64,000 bases of DNA from Tubiluchus corallicola. Its lineage: Eukaryota > Animalia > Priapulida. Position numbers and translations under genes: made by a program. Below, one piece after another: positions 55,280-64,000 of this stretch. Below the pieces are notes generated by a model. That model was given only the letters and a program-made list of their open reading frames with translations, made no database searches and was not told the origin of the DNA. The stretch's first letter is position 1. Each line of letters starts with the position of its first letter. The stretch is taken from assembly GCA_030141605.1 (NCBI GenBank), contig JAQGDQ010000212.1, positions 62,001 to 126,000 on the forward strand, read 5' to 3'.

Positions 55280-55740
55280 TCTGAGTCGACCAGTAAATAC
55301 TTCAAATGTGGCAAAGCTGTGAAGTTAACAAATGGAAGGATTAATTCCACATTTTATACTTGCTTGTAACTGCAGACTCTGCAGATGGGAGAGCTGGTAA
55401 ATGAAGAAAGGGGGTAGGTTTAACGTATGGACGAATTGATCAGGAAAATTTAGATTAATTAGCAGGACAATGAAAAGGTAATTTGGGTACATATCTGGAC
55501 ATATTACTGATTATGGAGAATAATGAATTTTGGTTTTATGAGCACTCGCCACTGGCTATTCATGGCTGAAGGCAGTAAATAATAACCCGTGACTTCGTTT
55601 CATCGTTTACTAGATTTCATATGCAAGGCTCGCAGTTACAAGTAAGTATAAATATCTGGGATGATTCCCAGAATCTAGCACTTGCTAAGCTCCCAGTTGC
55701 TGCACTTGAAGCTTCTACTGCTTACTGCAGGATTCATTTC
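55280..55740. mobile_element. Old foldback/MITE remnant with long degenerate inverted arms
   Basis: ttatacttgcttgtaactgc vs gcagttacaagtaagtataa, and cttcaaatgtggcaa vs ttgctgcacttgaag, are reverse complements. Confidence 0.5.
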
Positions 55741-55895
55741 GATTTGCTAATTCATGAACTACAAACAATGGCATTATGAAAGTACATTATTAGAATTTTT
55801 ATAGGACTATAACACTGTAGCATGTAATCTAAACTTGACCATTCATTCAGCCTGTTTATTTGGTGTTGGCTTGGTAATAAACTACATAATTACGT

Positions 55896-56015
55896 AACTA
55901 CGGCCAAATCACGTTGAAAACACCGGTTCTCGTCTGATGACCGAAGTTAAGCAACGTAGAGCCTGGTTAGTACTTGGATGGGTGACTGCCTAGGAATACC
56001 AGGTGCTGTAGGCTT
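55896..56015 (+). pseudogene. 5S rRNA-like sequence (120 nt) serving as SINE head, not a functional 5S gene
   Basis: ctacggcc...ccggttctcgtctgatgaccgaagttaagcaacg...gttagtacttggatgggtgactgcctaggaataccaggtgctgtaggctt. Box A and box C are intact, with scattered substitutions and no TTTT terminator. Confidence 0.88.
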
Positions 56016-56455
56016 GCGGGATGCCCGCACTGTATCTCGATACTAGGCGGAGGAGCTGCACGAGGCAGCCAACGGCTAGAGGGCGGAGGAGGTCAAGTGA
56101 CCCAACGGCCATGTGTAGAGGAGTAAACCTTCCAAATCAGGAGTGGAGCCCCGAAGGCGGACCAGTGCAGCATGCTCACTGACTCCGGCAGCTCCTGCAG
56201 ACAACCTGGTGACAAACGTATCGCTCCGCTTTCCTTTGAACTACACCAGCGAGGAAGAGAGGGGGCTCCCGTTGTCTGGGCAACTCAGGATCTCCATACA
56301 CCTTGCCCAGGCGTGCGCCCAGGAGACGTTCAAAGATCGGACTGCTCAGCCACAGTCGTCGCTGCAGCTCCATCAATGTGATCAATGACTCTCTTGGCGC
56401 ACACTCCATTGTCTTCCGAGACAGAAGGATGCCAACCAATCAACCAAGCAACCTA
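55896..56455 (+). mobile_element. 5S rRNA-derived SINE (SINE3) with a bipartite RTE-derived body and (CAAC)-type tail
   Basis: Full-length 5S-like head with no oligo-T terminator, then a GC-rich body. The 3' part translates SKIGLLSHSRRC...GAHSIVFRDRRMPT, the typical C-terminus of RTE-clade ORFs, followed by ccaaccaatcaaccaagcaacc. Confidence 0.8.
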
Positions 56456-57327
56456 ACCCAATAGTTTATTACTTACTAGCTGTGTAATCATCAGGAATTA
56501 GCATATTACATATTCGCAACAATTCTCTGTTATTATAATAATGGTTTTAGTGAATGGTACTGGTTTAATAAAGAAATTTGGTTGAGCATTCATTTATTGT
56601 TTGAATGTTGATTTTTAAACTGTTTCAATTAGGCAGACTTGGTTGATTTTCCAATTTTGATGAAATGAAAATATTGATTTTCATTTCATAGCAAAAACTA
56701 TGAAATTCACTTTTATTTACTCTGTTCACAGACGACGGCAGGAGTTTATTCGCAAATGTATAAAATGAACAAATTCTCAAAATAGCGTAACATTTCGCGC
56801 CATTTTGAAATAAACAATTATAGGTCGTTGATGGTTTGCGTAAATACTCCGTCATTTATACAAATCACCCGCCATATAAGTTTAGGCGCTACCGGCACAA
56901 GATCATAATCACATGCACAACCGGAAGTTTTATAATTAGTTAAGCCTAGTTAATGATAGCAGGTATTTTTTACTTGAAGTGAAATTGCAATTAGTAGGGA
57001 AACAGTTTTTGGAAAGAAGCTTTGTTGCAACTGATAATGTAATAAACGCACAATATTGTTAATAAAGAAAAATTGGCGATTAATGTAATAACAAATCAAC
57101 TTATAGTGAAATAACTAACCGATAATGTAGTAAAAAATAACGCGTAATAAGACCTCGAAAATGCATACTGTAATAACCCGAGGTTTAACGTGTATTGTAA
57201 CACTACAGAAACGCATAATGTAATGGTAGATATTCTAACTTATAACGTAATAACTAACTGAATTAATATTGCTTGCACCAGTGGCCTAGTGCTGTGAGAA
57301 TGGCGCGTTTTCTTATTCTGTTTGAAA

Positions 57328-57358
57328 GGGAGGGAGGGGAAAGAGAGAGAGAGTGTGC

Positions 57359-57404
<46 letters not shown>

Positions 57405-57490
57405 GGAAGAGAGTGTGCGAGAGAGAGAGAGAGACAGGAAGAGAGAGCGAGAGAGAGAGCGAGAGAGAGAGAGAGAGAAAGAGAGAGAGC

Positions 57491-57524
<34 letters not shown>

Positions 57525-57528
57525 GAGA

Positions 57529-57566
<38 letters not shown>

Positions 57567-57621
57567 AAGAGAGAGAGGAAGAGAGAGCGAGAGAGAGAGA
57601 GAGAAAGAGAGAGAGCCAGGA

Positions 57622-57711
<90 letters not shown>

Positions 57712-57738
57712 GGAGAGAGAGAGAGAGGAAGAGAGAAC

Positions 57739-57792
<54 letters not shown>
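57328..57792. repeat. (GA)n-rich tract
   Basis: Directly visible. Confidence 0.96.
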
Positions 57793-57795
<3 letters not shown>

Positions 57796-58129
57796 TCAGA
57801 AAGAAATCAAGAAAAATCGCGTGAGGAACTCCAAGATGATCACATGTACAGAAGAAAACGAAGAAGAAGCATAATTTCAGATGAAACTGTTTTAGCCTTG
57901 GTTACATGTTTTCTTAAAACATTGCAAAGCGTACACAATTTTATGCTGCATTTATTTCTTTTATACTTGACACTAACATGACACTGCATAGTATAGAATG
58001 AACGGAGCAGCAATATAGAATGTGTAGTCTACATATTGCCTACATAGCTTACTGTCGACTTAGTTTAGCGTTAATTTTTCTTAGGGATTCTAAAAATAAC
58101 AACAACTTTTCACATGTCACTTTTCACAT

Positions 58130-58409
58130 TTACCAGACGGTTTAGTCTAGTGGTAATGCGTCGGCTTTCCGTCTGGGAGGTCGTGAGTTCGAACCAGCGA
58201 TCGGGTCATACCAAAGACTTTAAAAATGGTACCTGCTGTTGCTCTGCCTGACGCGTGGTATTTAGGGTAAAAGTGGGGGTAATGATATGTTATCTCTGTT
58301 ATGTAGTTGTAGGTTGTTATTTACAGTCGGCGATAATAGCTCTTTGAGATAATGTTAATTGTTGACCTAAAGCCGACTTTAAATAAAGATTATTATTTTT
58401 ATTATTATT
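58130..58409 (+). mobile_element. tRNA-derived SINE with a Meta-domain-like central region
   Basis: A box TAGTCTAGTGG, B box GAGTTCGAACC, central GGGTCATACCAAAGACTTTAAAAATGGTACC, AATAAA plus (ATT)n tail. A 16-bp TSD atgtcactttt(c/g)acat lies at 58114-58129 and 58410-58425. Confidence 0.85.
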
Positions 58410-58859
58410 ATGTCACTTTTGACATGACAAGCATGTCAAACTAAATAATACTAAGATTTATCTGAATTTAAACACATATAGGACAATGCTTCTGGTCATT
58501 GGGTCATACACATATGAGCGAACTAGGGCGATTCTATTATAAAACATTATTTTTGTAGTATATTTTTAACATTTTTATCACGTTTCAATTATAACTTTAC
58601 GTGTGTGCAACTTTGCCCTAGAACATCAAACACGAATAAATGTGCGTTATAGTATATATGCTTTTTCCAATTAAGCAGAAGCGCCCCAGTCTGTCAGTTT
58701 CGATGCACAGCTGATCAAGAGTAAGTGTCGGAGAGAAAAAGTATAGGACTTCTTAAATAAGTGGACAGATTACTTTTTGAAAGTCGTTAAGCTCTTGTTC
58801 TACGAAACGAAAGCATTCAGCCAATTTGAAGTAAGCCATTATTAGTTCTTTATATATAT

Positions 58860-59700
58860 ATATATAATAATCTTTATTTGCCATAAAAAATCGATATTCA
58901 TAACTATAAAAGCATAAAAGAACATCGCAGCATGAGAATAAAATTCACACAACTGTTAAAGGCAAATGCGTCCAGTGCAAACTAAAAACTACTGTGCCAA
59001 AAATTTAAAACAAAAATATACATTATAATATTACGCGGAAATTAATAATAGACTATATACAATATATATATATAATTTAAAACGGACGTGGGTAAATAAA
59101 ATTTGCGGATGAATATATATGATCGTTTACGTATGTTGGGTTTTCAAAACGATTTAATGTATGTATTTTTAATTTTGATTTGAATTCGTCGAAAGACTTG
59201 ATTTGTTTTAAATTTGATGGCAGGGTATTCCAAAGTTGAACTCCTTGTTTAGTGATAGAATTGTTGCCGTATTTGTTATTAGTGCGCATTTGTTTAATAT
59301 TGTGTGTTCTTGGATTTAATATTGGCTCCAAGAGGAGTGGAAGCTTATTTTTGATGCAGGGCGTGTTAATATTGTTGATGTATTTATATAAAAACGGGAT
59401 TGTGTAGAAGTCTTTATGTGCTTGTAAAATTGGAATTTTAAACATTGTTCTTAATTCTGCTGCAGAGGTTTGATTTGTTATGAGGGACGTTTTATTTGAA
59501 TAGCCAGCGACTAATCTTAATGCCTAATTTTGAAGACTATTTAGTTTGTTGTAGCTGTCTCTTGAAACTTTATGAAAAAGTGTGCATCCGTATAAAAAGT
59601 GCGGTAGAATGAGAGTTTTAAAAATTAATAACTTTGTCTGTTTATTTAGTTGACCTTCTACCTGCCGTAAATAAGAGGTTCCGCATGCCATTTTATCATA
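58860..59700 (-). mobile_element. CR1/L2-group LINE 3' end (C-terminal ORF plus 3' UTR)
   Basis: Peptides FKTLILPHFLYGC and RTNNKYGNNSITKQGVQLWNTLPSNLKQIKSFDEFKSKLK. The tail ends AAATAAAGATT-(AT)n. Confidence 0.82.
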
Positions 59701-59973
59701 AATTATCTTTGTAAAACATATATATTTTTAGAATTTTTGACTGGTTTTGAAAAACTGATTATTTGTGATTAACAGATCAATTGATTTAATTAACTGAGTG
59801 CCACTGCACTCACTTCAGCTGCGAGGAAGTTTATATATGCAGGTATTATCAAATCTTAAAATACAGAATTGAAGATAGCAAAAACATATATTAAAGACGG
59901 AATAATAGATCCTGTGAATGTTGATGAATTAAACGCATTAAGTATTATTACGGTAATTTCAGGTAACCAAGCA

Positions 59974-60021
59974 ATGAAGATACTAGTGTGGCTGGTCCTA
60001 ATGTGCTTATTTCTCAATCTG
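59974..60021 (+). CDS. Secreted pentraxin/LamG-like protein, first coding exon (signal peptide MKILVWLVLMCLFLNL)
   Basis: Acceptor AATTTCAG at 59962 implies an upstream non-coding exon. ATG at 59974, donor CTG|GTAAGC, phase 0. Confidence 0.75.
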
Positions 60022-60776
60022 GTAAGCTTGTTTCAACTTACTTGGATCTCCCAGATACCTACAGATCTCTAACCTGAGTTCCCACCTTTTTTCCGGAACG
60101 CGCAAATTAAGTAATTCGAGCAGAGTTTAGACTTGAAATCAAGATTTGTCACATGAAGCTGATACAAAACCAAAATTATGAAATCAAACTTGAAAAAACT
60201 GTGAAAAAGCTGGAACACAGCTTGGATTGGAATTGAAAAAGAGACCTTTTGTCTATAAGACTGATGCATAAACCACTAGATTACCGGCTTCTCAAACGAT
60301 CACAAAAGTCCATAATACACGGTAGTCTAGCGATTCATGGCGTCTGCCTTGTACGCTCTAATTTTTTCACATTTCCTGTTATCAAGTTTGGTTTCCAAAT
60401 TTAAATAATTGGGGGTTTGCACCATCATCAATAATAATTTTGATGTTAACTTTACAATTAATTAATTATATTATCGATGAGATTTTCAGGTTCAACGGAT
60501 TAATAAAATAAAATAAAAATAGAATAAAAATTAATCTGATTTATTACAATAAGTCCAGCGCGTGTGCTCTAACGTTGGAAATGCTGAACTGGCTGTCCAG
60601 GGTGAAATTTGGAGTGTCATAATGGCTGGGGAAGACTATAAACTACGTTGTGGCTTATGGTTTCTGCCTTGTAAGTTGTAATCACGGCTGCGTTGCAGCT
60701 TTTTCACATTATCCATTTTTCAAGTTTGGTATTATAATAATAATATTACTATTATTGCTATTATTATACATTTTAG

Positions 60777-60852
60777 GCAAATGGTTTAAAGAGAAAGCAT
60801 CGGCGAAATATCAGGAAGCCGCACGGTCGCCGAAAGAGACCCACGCTTGCAG
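60777..60852 (+). CDS. Pentraxin/LamG-like gene exon: polybasic segment ANGLKRKHRRNIRKPHGRRKRPTLA
   Basis: Acceptor CATTTTAG, donor CAG|GTTAGC. Phase 0-1, compatible with both neighbouring exons. Confidence 0.72.
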
Positions 60853-60949
60853 GTTAGCAATGTAAAACAAGTATTTATTACGCACGAAATTAAACTTGCT
60901 TGTCGAATTAGAGTGGAAATATTGTCAAGTGTGTCAGATTTATATTTAA

Positions 60950-61406
60950 CCCTTTCATACCCGTTGTATCCCGTGGGATACGAGAATATTTTCTGCCTTT
61001 AAAATTAATAAAATTTTAAAAATGACAGTTATTTGATCTGTTAATAGTTATTTTGATTTAAGCCAATAACAATAGACTAAAAATAATGATAAAATGGCAA
61101 ACTAGAAAATCTACATAGCATAAAAAACTGTGCAAGGTACAGTACTTTAGAGACGACTTTGTACAGATCAGCATAGCATGCATAACTAAATGTCTTAAAT
61201 ACTTCAAAAAATTATCAGCAGTTGCAAAATGAAGCACATTTTAGGCTTCCATTGAATCCCAATGTATCCCGTGAGATACAGGCTATATTAAGCACGCGGG
61301 CACAGGTAAAAAAAGTTGTTATGTGTAAACAAGATGGACATACTGAACAAAAGTACTAAGCCAAAAAATTTTTTCTTATTAAAAAAATAATTTGGGACTG
61401 AAAGGG
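60950..61406. mobile_element. piggyBac-type MITE
   Basis: TTAA TSD, TIR CCCTTTCATACCC / GGGACTGAAAGGG, internal palindrome gtatcccgtg(g/a)gatac twice. Confidence 0.85.
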
Positions 61407-61582
61407 TTAAGTTTCACCCTTACTCTCAGTTACAAAAATAGTCTCCAAAAAGCAATCAGGGTGTTTCGTTTTAATTTTACATCTCGTTTTTATATCACAA
61501 ATCATGCTATCATATAACCAAATAGTACTTTTTAAGCTGTCTTTCTTATATAAAAAAACTAACTCGTCTGGCTACCTTTTAG

Positions 61583-61712
61583 GGGAGCCGTGCGCCAAAC
61601 TAGATCCTCATGCGTATGATCTTTGCTTCAATGGAAGGAATTTCACTCGCGCTGAACTCAAGGGATCTATCTTGCAGAAAAGAAAACAATTTTCAGAATT
61701 CACTCTATGCGG
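61583..61712 (+). CDS. Pentraxin/LamG-like gene exon: GEPCAKLDPHAYDLCFNG...QFSEFTLCG
   Basis: Acceptor ACCTTTTAG. YDLCF and FTLC(G)W/C resemble the first pentraxin strands (FTxCxW). Donor is GG|GTGGGT or TGG|GTACCG. Confidence 0.7.
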
Positions 61713-61716
61713 GTGG

Positions 61717-61972
61717 GTACCGCAGTAGTAACGACGCGTAGTATTTAGGTACCGCAGTAGTAACGACGCGTAGTATTTAGGTGCCGCAGTAGTAACGACG
61801 CGTAGTATTTAGGTACCGCAGTAGTAACGACGCGTAGTATTTAGGTACCGCAGTAGTAACGACGCGTAGTATTTAGGTACCGCAGTAGTAACGACGCGTA
61901 GTATTCAGGTGCCGCAGTAGTAACGACGCGTAGTATTTAGGTACCGCAGTAGTAACGACGCGTAGTATTTAG
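61717..61972 (+). repeat. 32-bp minisatellite, 8 units, starting at an exon donor
   Basis: Unit GTACCGCAGTAGTAACGACGCGTAGTATTTAG. Confidence 0.96.
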
Positions 61973-62296
61973 GTTACATTGTCAACATTTATTGTTTGTG
62001 TTAACGTAGTACGCATCACAATAACAACAATTTTTAATGACAAGAATTGTGTTTCATCATGGTAGTGTACAACATTTAGTGGCTTAATTACAGACTTTAC
62101 TACACACTGGTAGAAGTATTAATATATGTTCACATGTATAGTGGTTATAATGCCAACCTTTCAACTCCACTTAGCTGTAGTTAATAACGGTAGTTTACGT
62201 TCATTAGGCTGAGGCTTTGCTGTGAAAAGTAGGTCCTGCTTTTTTAACTTAGTCCTGACGAATTTCATTGTTTGCTTTTGTTTGTTCACATTATAG

Positions 62297-62413
62297 ATGT
62301 TTTAAGTCTACAGCAGTACCGGGAGAAGATGGACTAGATGAGCGCATGATAGCCTGGACAATCGGAGGACAAAATGGCGTACCCCCTTACAATCTACGTC
62401 TTGCATGTGGAGA
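62297..62413 (+). CDS. Pentraxin/LamG-like gene exon: CFKSTAVPGEDGLDERMIAWTIGGQNGVPPYNLRLACG (3' boundary uncertain, 62413 or 62453)
   Basis: Acceptor CACATTATAG and an open, GC-richer island. The donor GA|GTACAT at 62413 gives the phase needed for the exon at 63682. Confidence 0.55.
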
Positions 62414-63199
62414 GTACATAGACTTATTATTTGCAACAATAATACTCAGTCGGGTAAAAACTAAGCAGCCATAACAATGGTCAGTGTTTGGAATAGGCCA
62501 GTATGGATTCCTAATTATGCTTTCACTGAAAAATAGGGGGACCAGTCCATAATTTAGTAATAAACTCTGCTACTTAAACAATCTACTTTATTGAAACAAA
62601 TTTTCAAGGGCTCATTTCAAGTGCTACTGATATCTCACAAAAATTACCTAAAAAACTTGGGGAAATAAAAGACACATTATTTACAAGTTCTTTACTCCCT
62701 GACATTTTAAACATTGCATTCTTTTTCTACTATTAATAAATTAAACTGTTATAGGGCCTATGCTATACCAAAAAATACCAGTACTGTAATATGTAATAGT
62801 AACAGTAATATTAATAATAATATAGTAATAAATAAAGCTACTTAAACAATCCAATAAATTGAAACAGGCCTCAAATGCTAATAATTTTTCAAAAAAAATT
62901 ACTGAAGTTAAGAAAGATTATAATAAAACATGCGTTATTTACAATCTGTTATTTTTCTGCTATTTTTAAAACTTTGGTCTTTTCTACTGACTTTTACACT
63001 AGAGACTTCGACAGATGACAATATAGGACCTATCTATGTTTTTCACGCTAATTTATGTACTATATATAGCGACTTGCAGCCAGCGAGTGTTTGTGAGAAC
63101 ATGTGTTACCTCATCAAGGTGGGGCTGGGCTAAACGCTAAACGTGATCTGTGTATCACGTATGATAGATTATGCAGATTATTCCCAGTAGTGTTGACAC

Positions 63200-63612
63200 A
63201 ACCCAGTGAAATAAAACAAATAGAATCTCTCCACCACTTTCAAAAGAAATTAAAAGAATATCAATATAACAGGTTTCAACTTCCACATTGTGCATCTGAT
63301 ACTAATTACAAAGACTCAACTTTCATCTACCCCCGCTCCTGACTCCATAAAACGATTAAAAATGAAAATTTTTTAAAAAATTATATTTTGTAATATTGTT
63401 TTGTAAAAATATTTTAATATGGTAAATATGTGCATTTATTGTATATAATTGGGCCTTAGATTTGTTGCACTTTAGTTTTTTTAGTATGCACTGGACGCAT
63501 TTGTCTTGAACAGTGTTGTTATCTTAACATTACGCTGAGGCTTACTCAATTTTATTATAATGAGTGAACCATTTTAATGACAAATAAAGAATTAATATAT
63601 ATATTTATATAT
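63200..63612 (+). mobile_element. Diverged 3' copy of the same LINE group in a pentraxin-gene intron
   Basis: PSEIKQIESLHHFQKKLK...FIYPRS*, gcactggacgcatttg block, caaataaag tail. Confidence 0.7.
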
Positions 63613-63681
63613 AAACAAGCGCGCAGCTGCTGTCACTATGGTTACTGGTTACATTTGTCTTTCTGTATTTTCGTTTCTTAG

Positions 63682-63793
63682 TTTTCCGGGATTTGGAACA
63701 CTTAGCTATTGCGACGGTCATTGGCATCACGTGTGCAATACTCACAGCAATGCGAAAAGAATATTTAGGTCATACTTTGATTGTGGAGAAGGG
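63682..63793 (+). CDS. Pentraxin/LamG-like gene exon: FPGFGTLSYCDGHWHHVCNTHSNAKRIFRSYFDCGEG (gene continues beyond the window)
   Basis: Strong acceptor TTTTCGTTTCTTAG, donor GGG|GTTAGT. DGxWHHVCxT...YxD is the pentraxin/LamG signature region. Confidence 0.8.
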
Positions 63794-64000
63794 GTTAGTA
63801 GCACAAATTTATGCTAATCGATGAATCTGTGGACTATTTTTGCGGTTTCGAACTAAGCCGCATCGTCCATCTACTTTGTCAAGTTTGCCGCAGATTTTGC
63901 TTGTTATGTGCTTTTAAATCACTCTTTTTTATACTTTATCTGTTGTTAAATTCATTCTTTCAACTGCATGTAGTTTTTAAGCAGTACATACTAAAATTCT

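Noticed and set aside
55896-56015. Functional 5S rRNA gene
   Set aside because: Single copy, substitutions in helices, altered 5' end and no oligo-T terminator. It reads into a retroposon body.
58132-58205. tRNA gene
   Set aside because: A and B boxes are present, but there is no proper acceptor stem and it continues into a SINE body with tail and TSD.
63003-63118. Possible extra exon of the pentraxin-like gene
   Set aside because: It has AG/GT boundaries, but the phases do not fit the flanking exons and there is no domain motif. Left uncalled.

Overview
AT-rich, repeat-dense eukaryotic DNA from an invertebrate animal, probably a protostome (taxon cannot be fixed from this window), with one ~1 kb assembly gap (9326-10312). 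Almost all long entries in the ORF track are simple-repeat artefacts. Three spliced protein-coding genes can be rebuilt by hand. (1) A minus-strand receptor tyrosine kinase of the Trk/ROR/MuSK group, resembling protostome Trk-like (Trkl): an EGF-like exon, a TM+NPxY+GxGxxG exon and a VAVK exon, continuing off the left edge. (2) A complete six-exon, 522-aa plus-strand group-I-type chitin deacetylase-like gene (signal peptide-CBM14-LDLa-CE4) in which most catalytic and metal-binding residues are replaced, so it is probably a pseudo-enzyme. (3) The 5' part of a plus-strand secreted protein with a polybasic furin-type N-terminus and a divergent pentraxin/LamG-like domain, continuing off the right edge. 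The rest is a mosaic of MITEs (hAT, Kolobok-like TTAA, piggyBac, Tc2/pogo, Harbinger-like), LINE fragments (L2, CR1/L2-group, RTE), a Penelope fragment with a degenerate hammerhead motif, tRNA SINEs, three distinct 5S-derived SINE-like elements (one a full 5S head fused to a bipartite RTE body), and many mini/microsatellites. All family assignments come from motif recognition by eye; no database searches were run.
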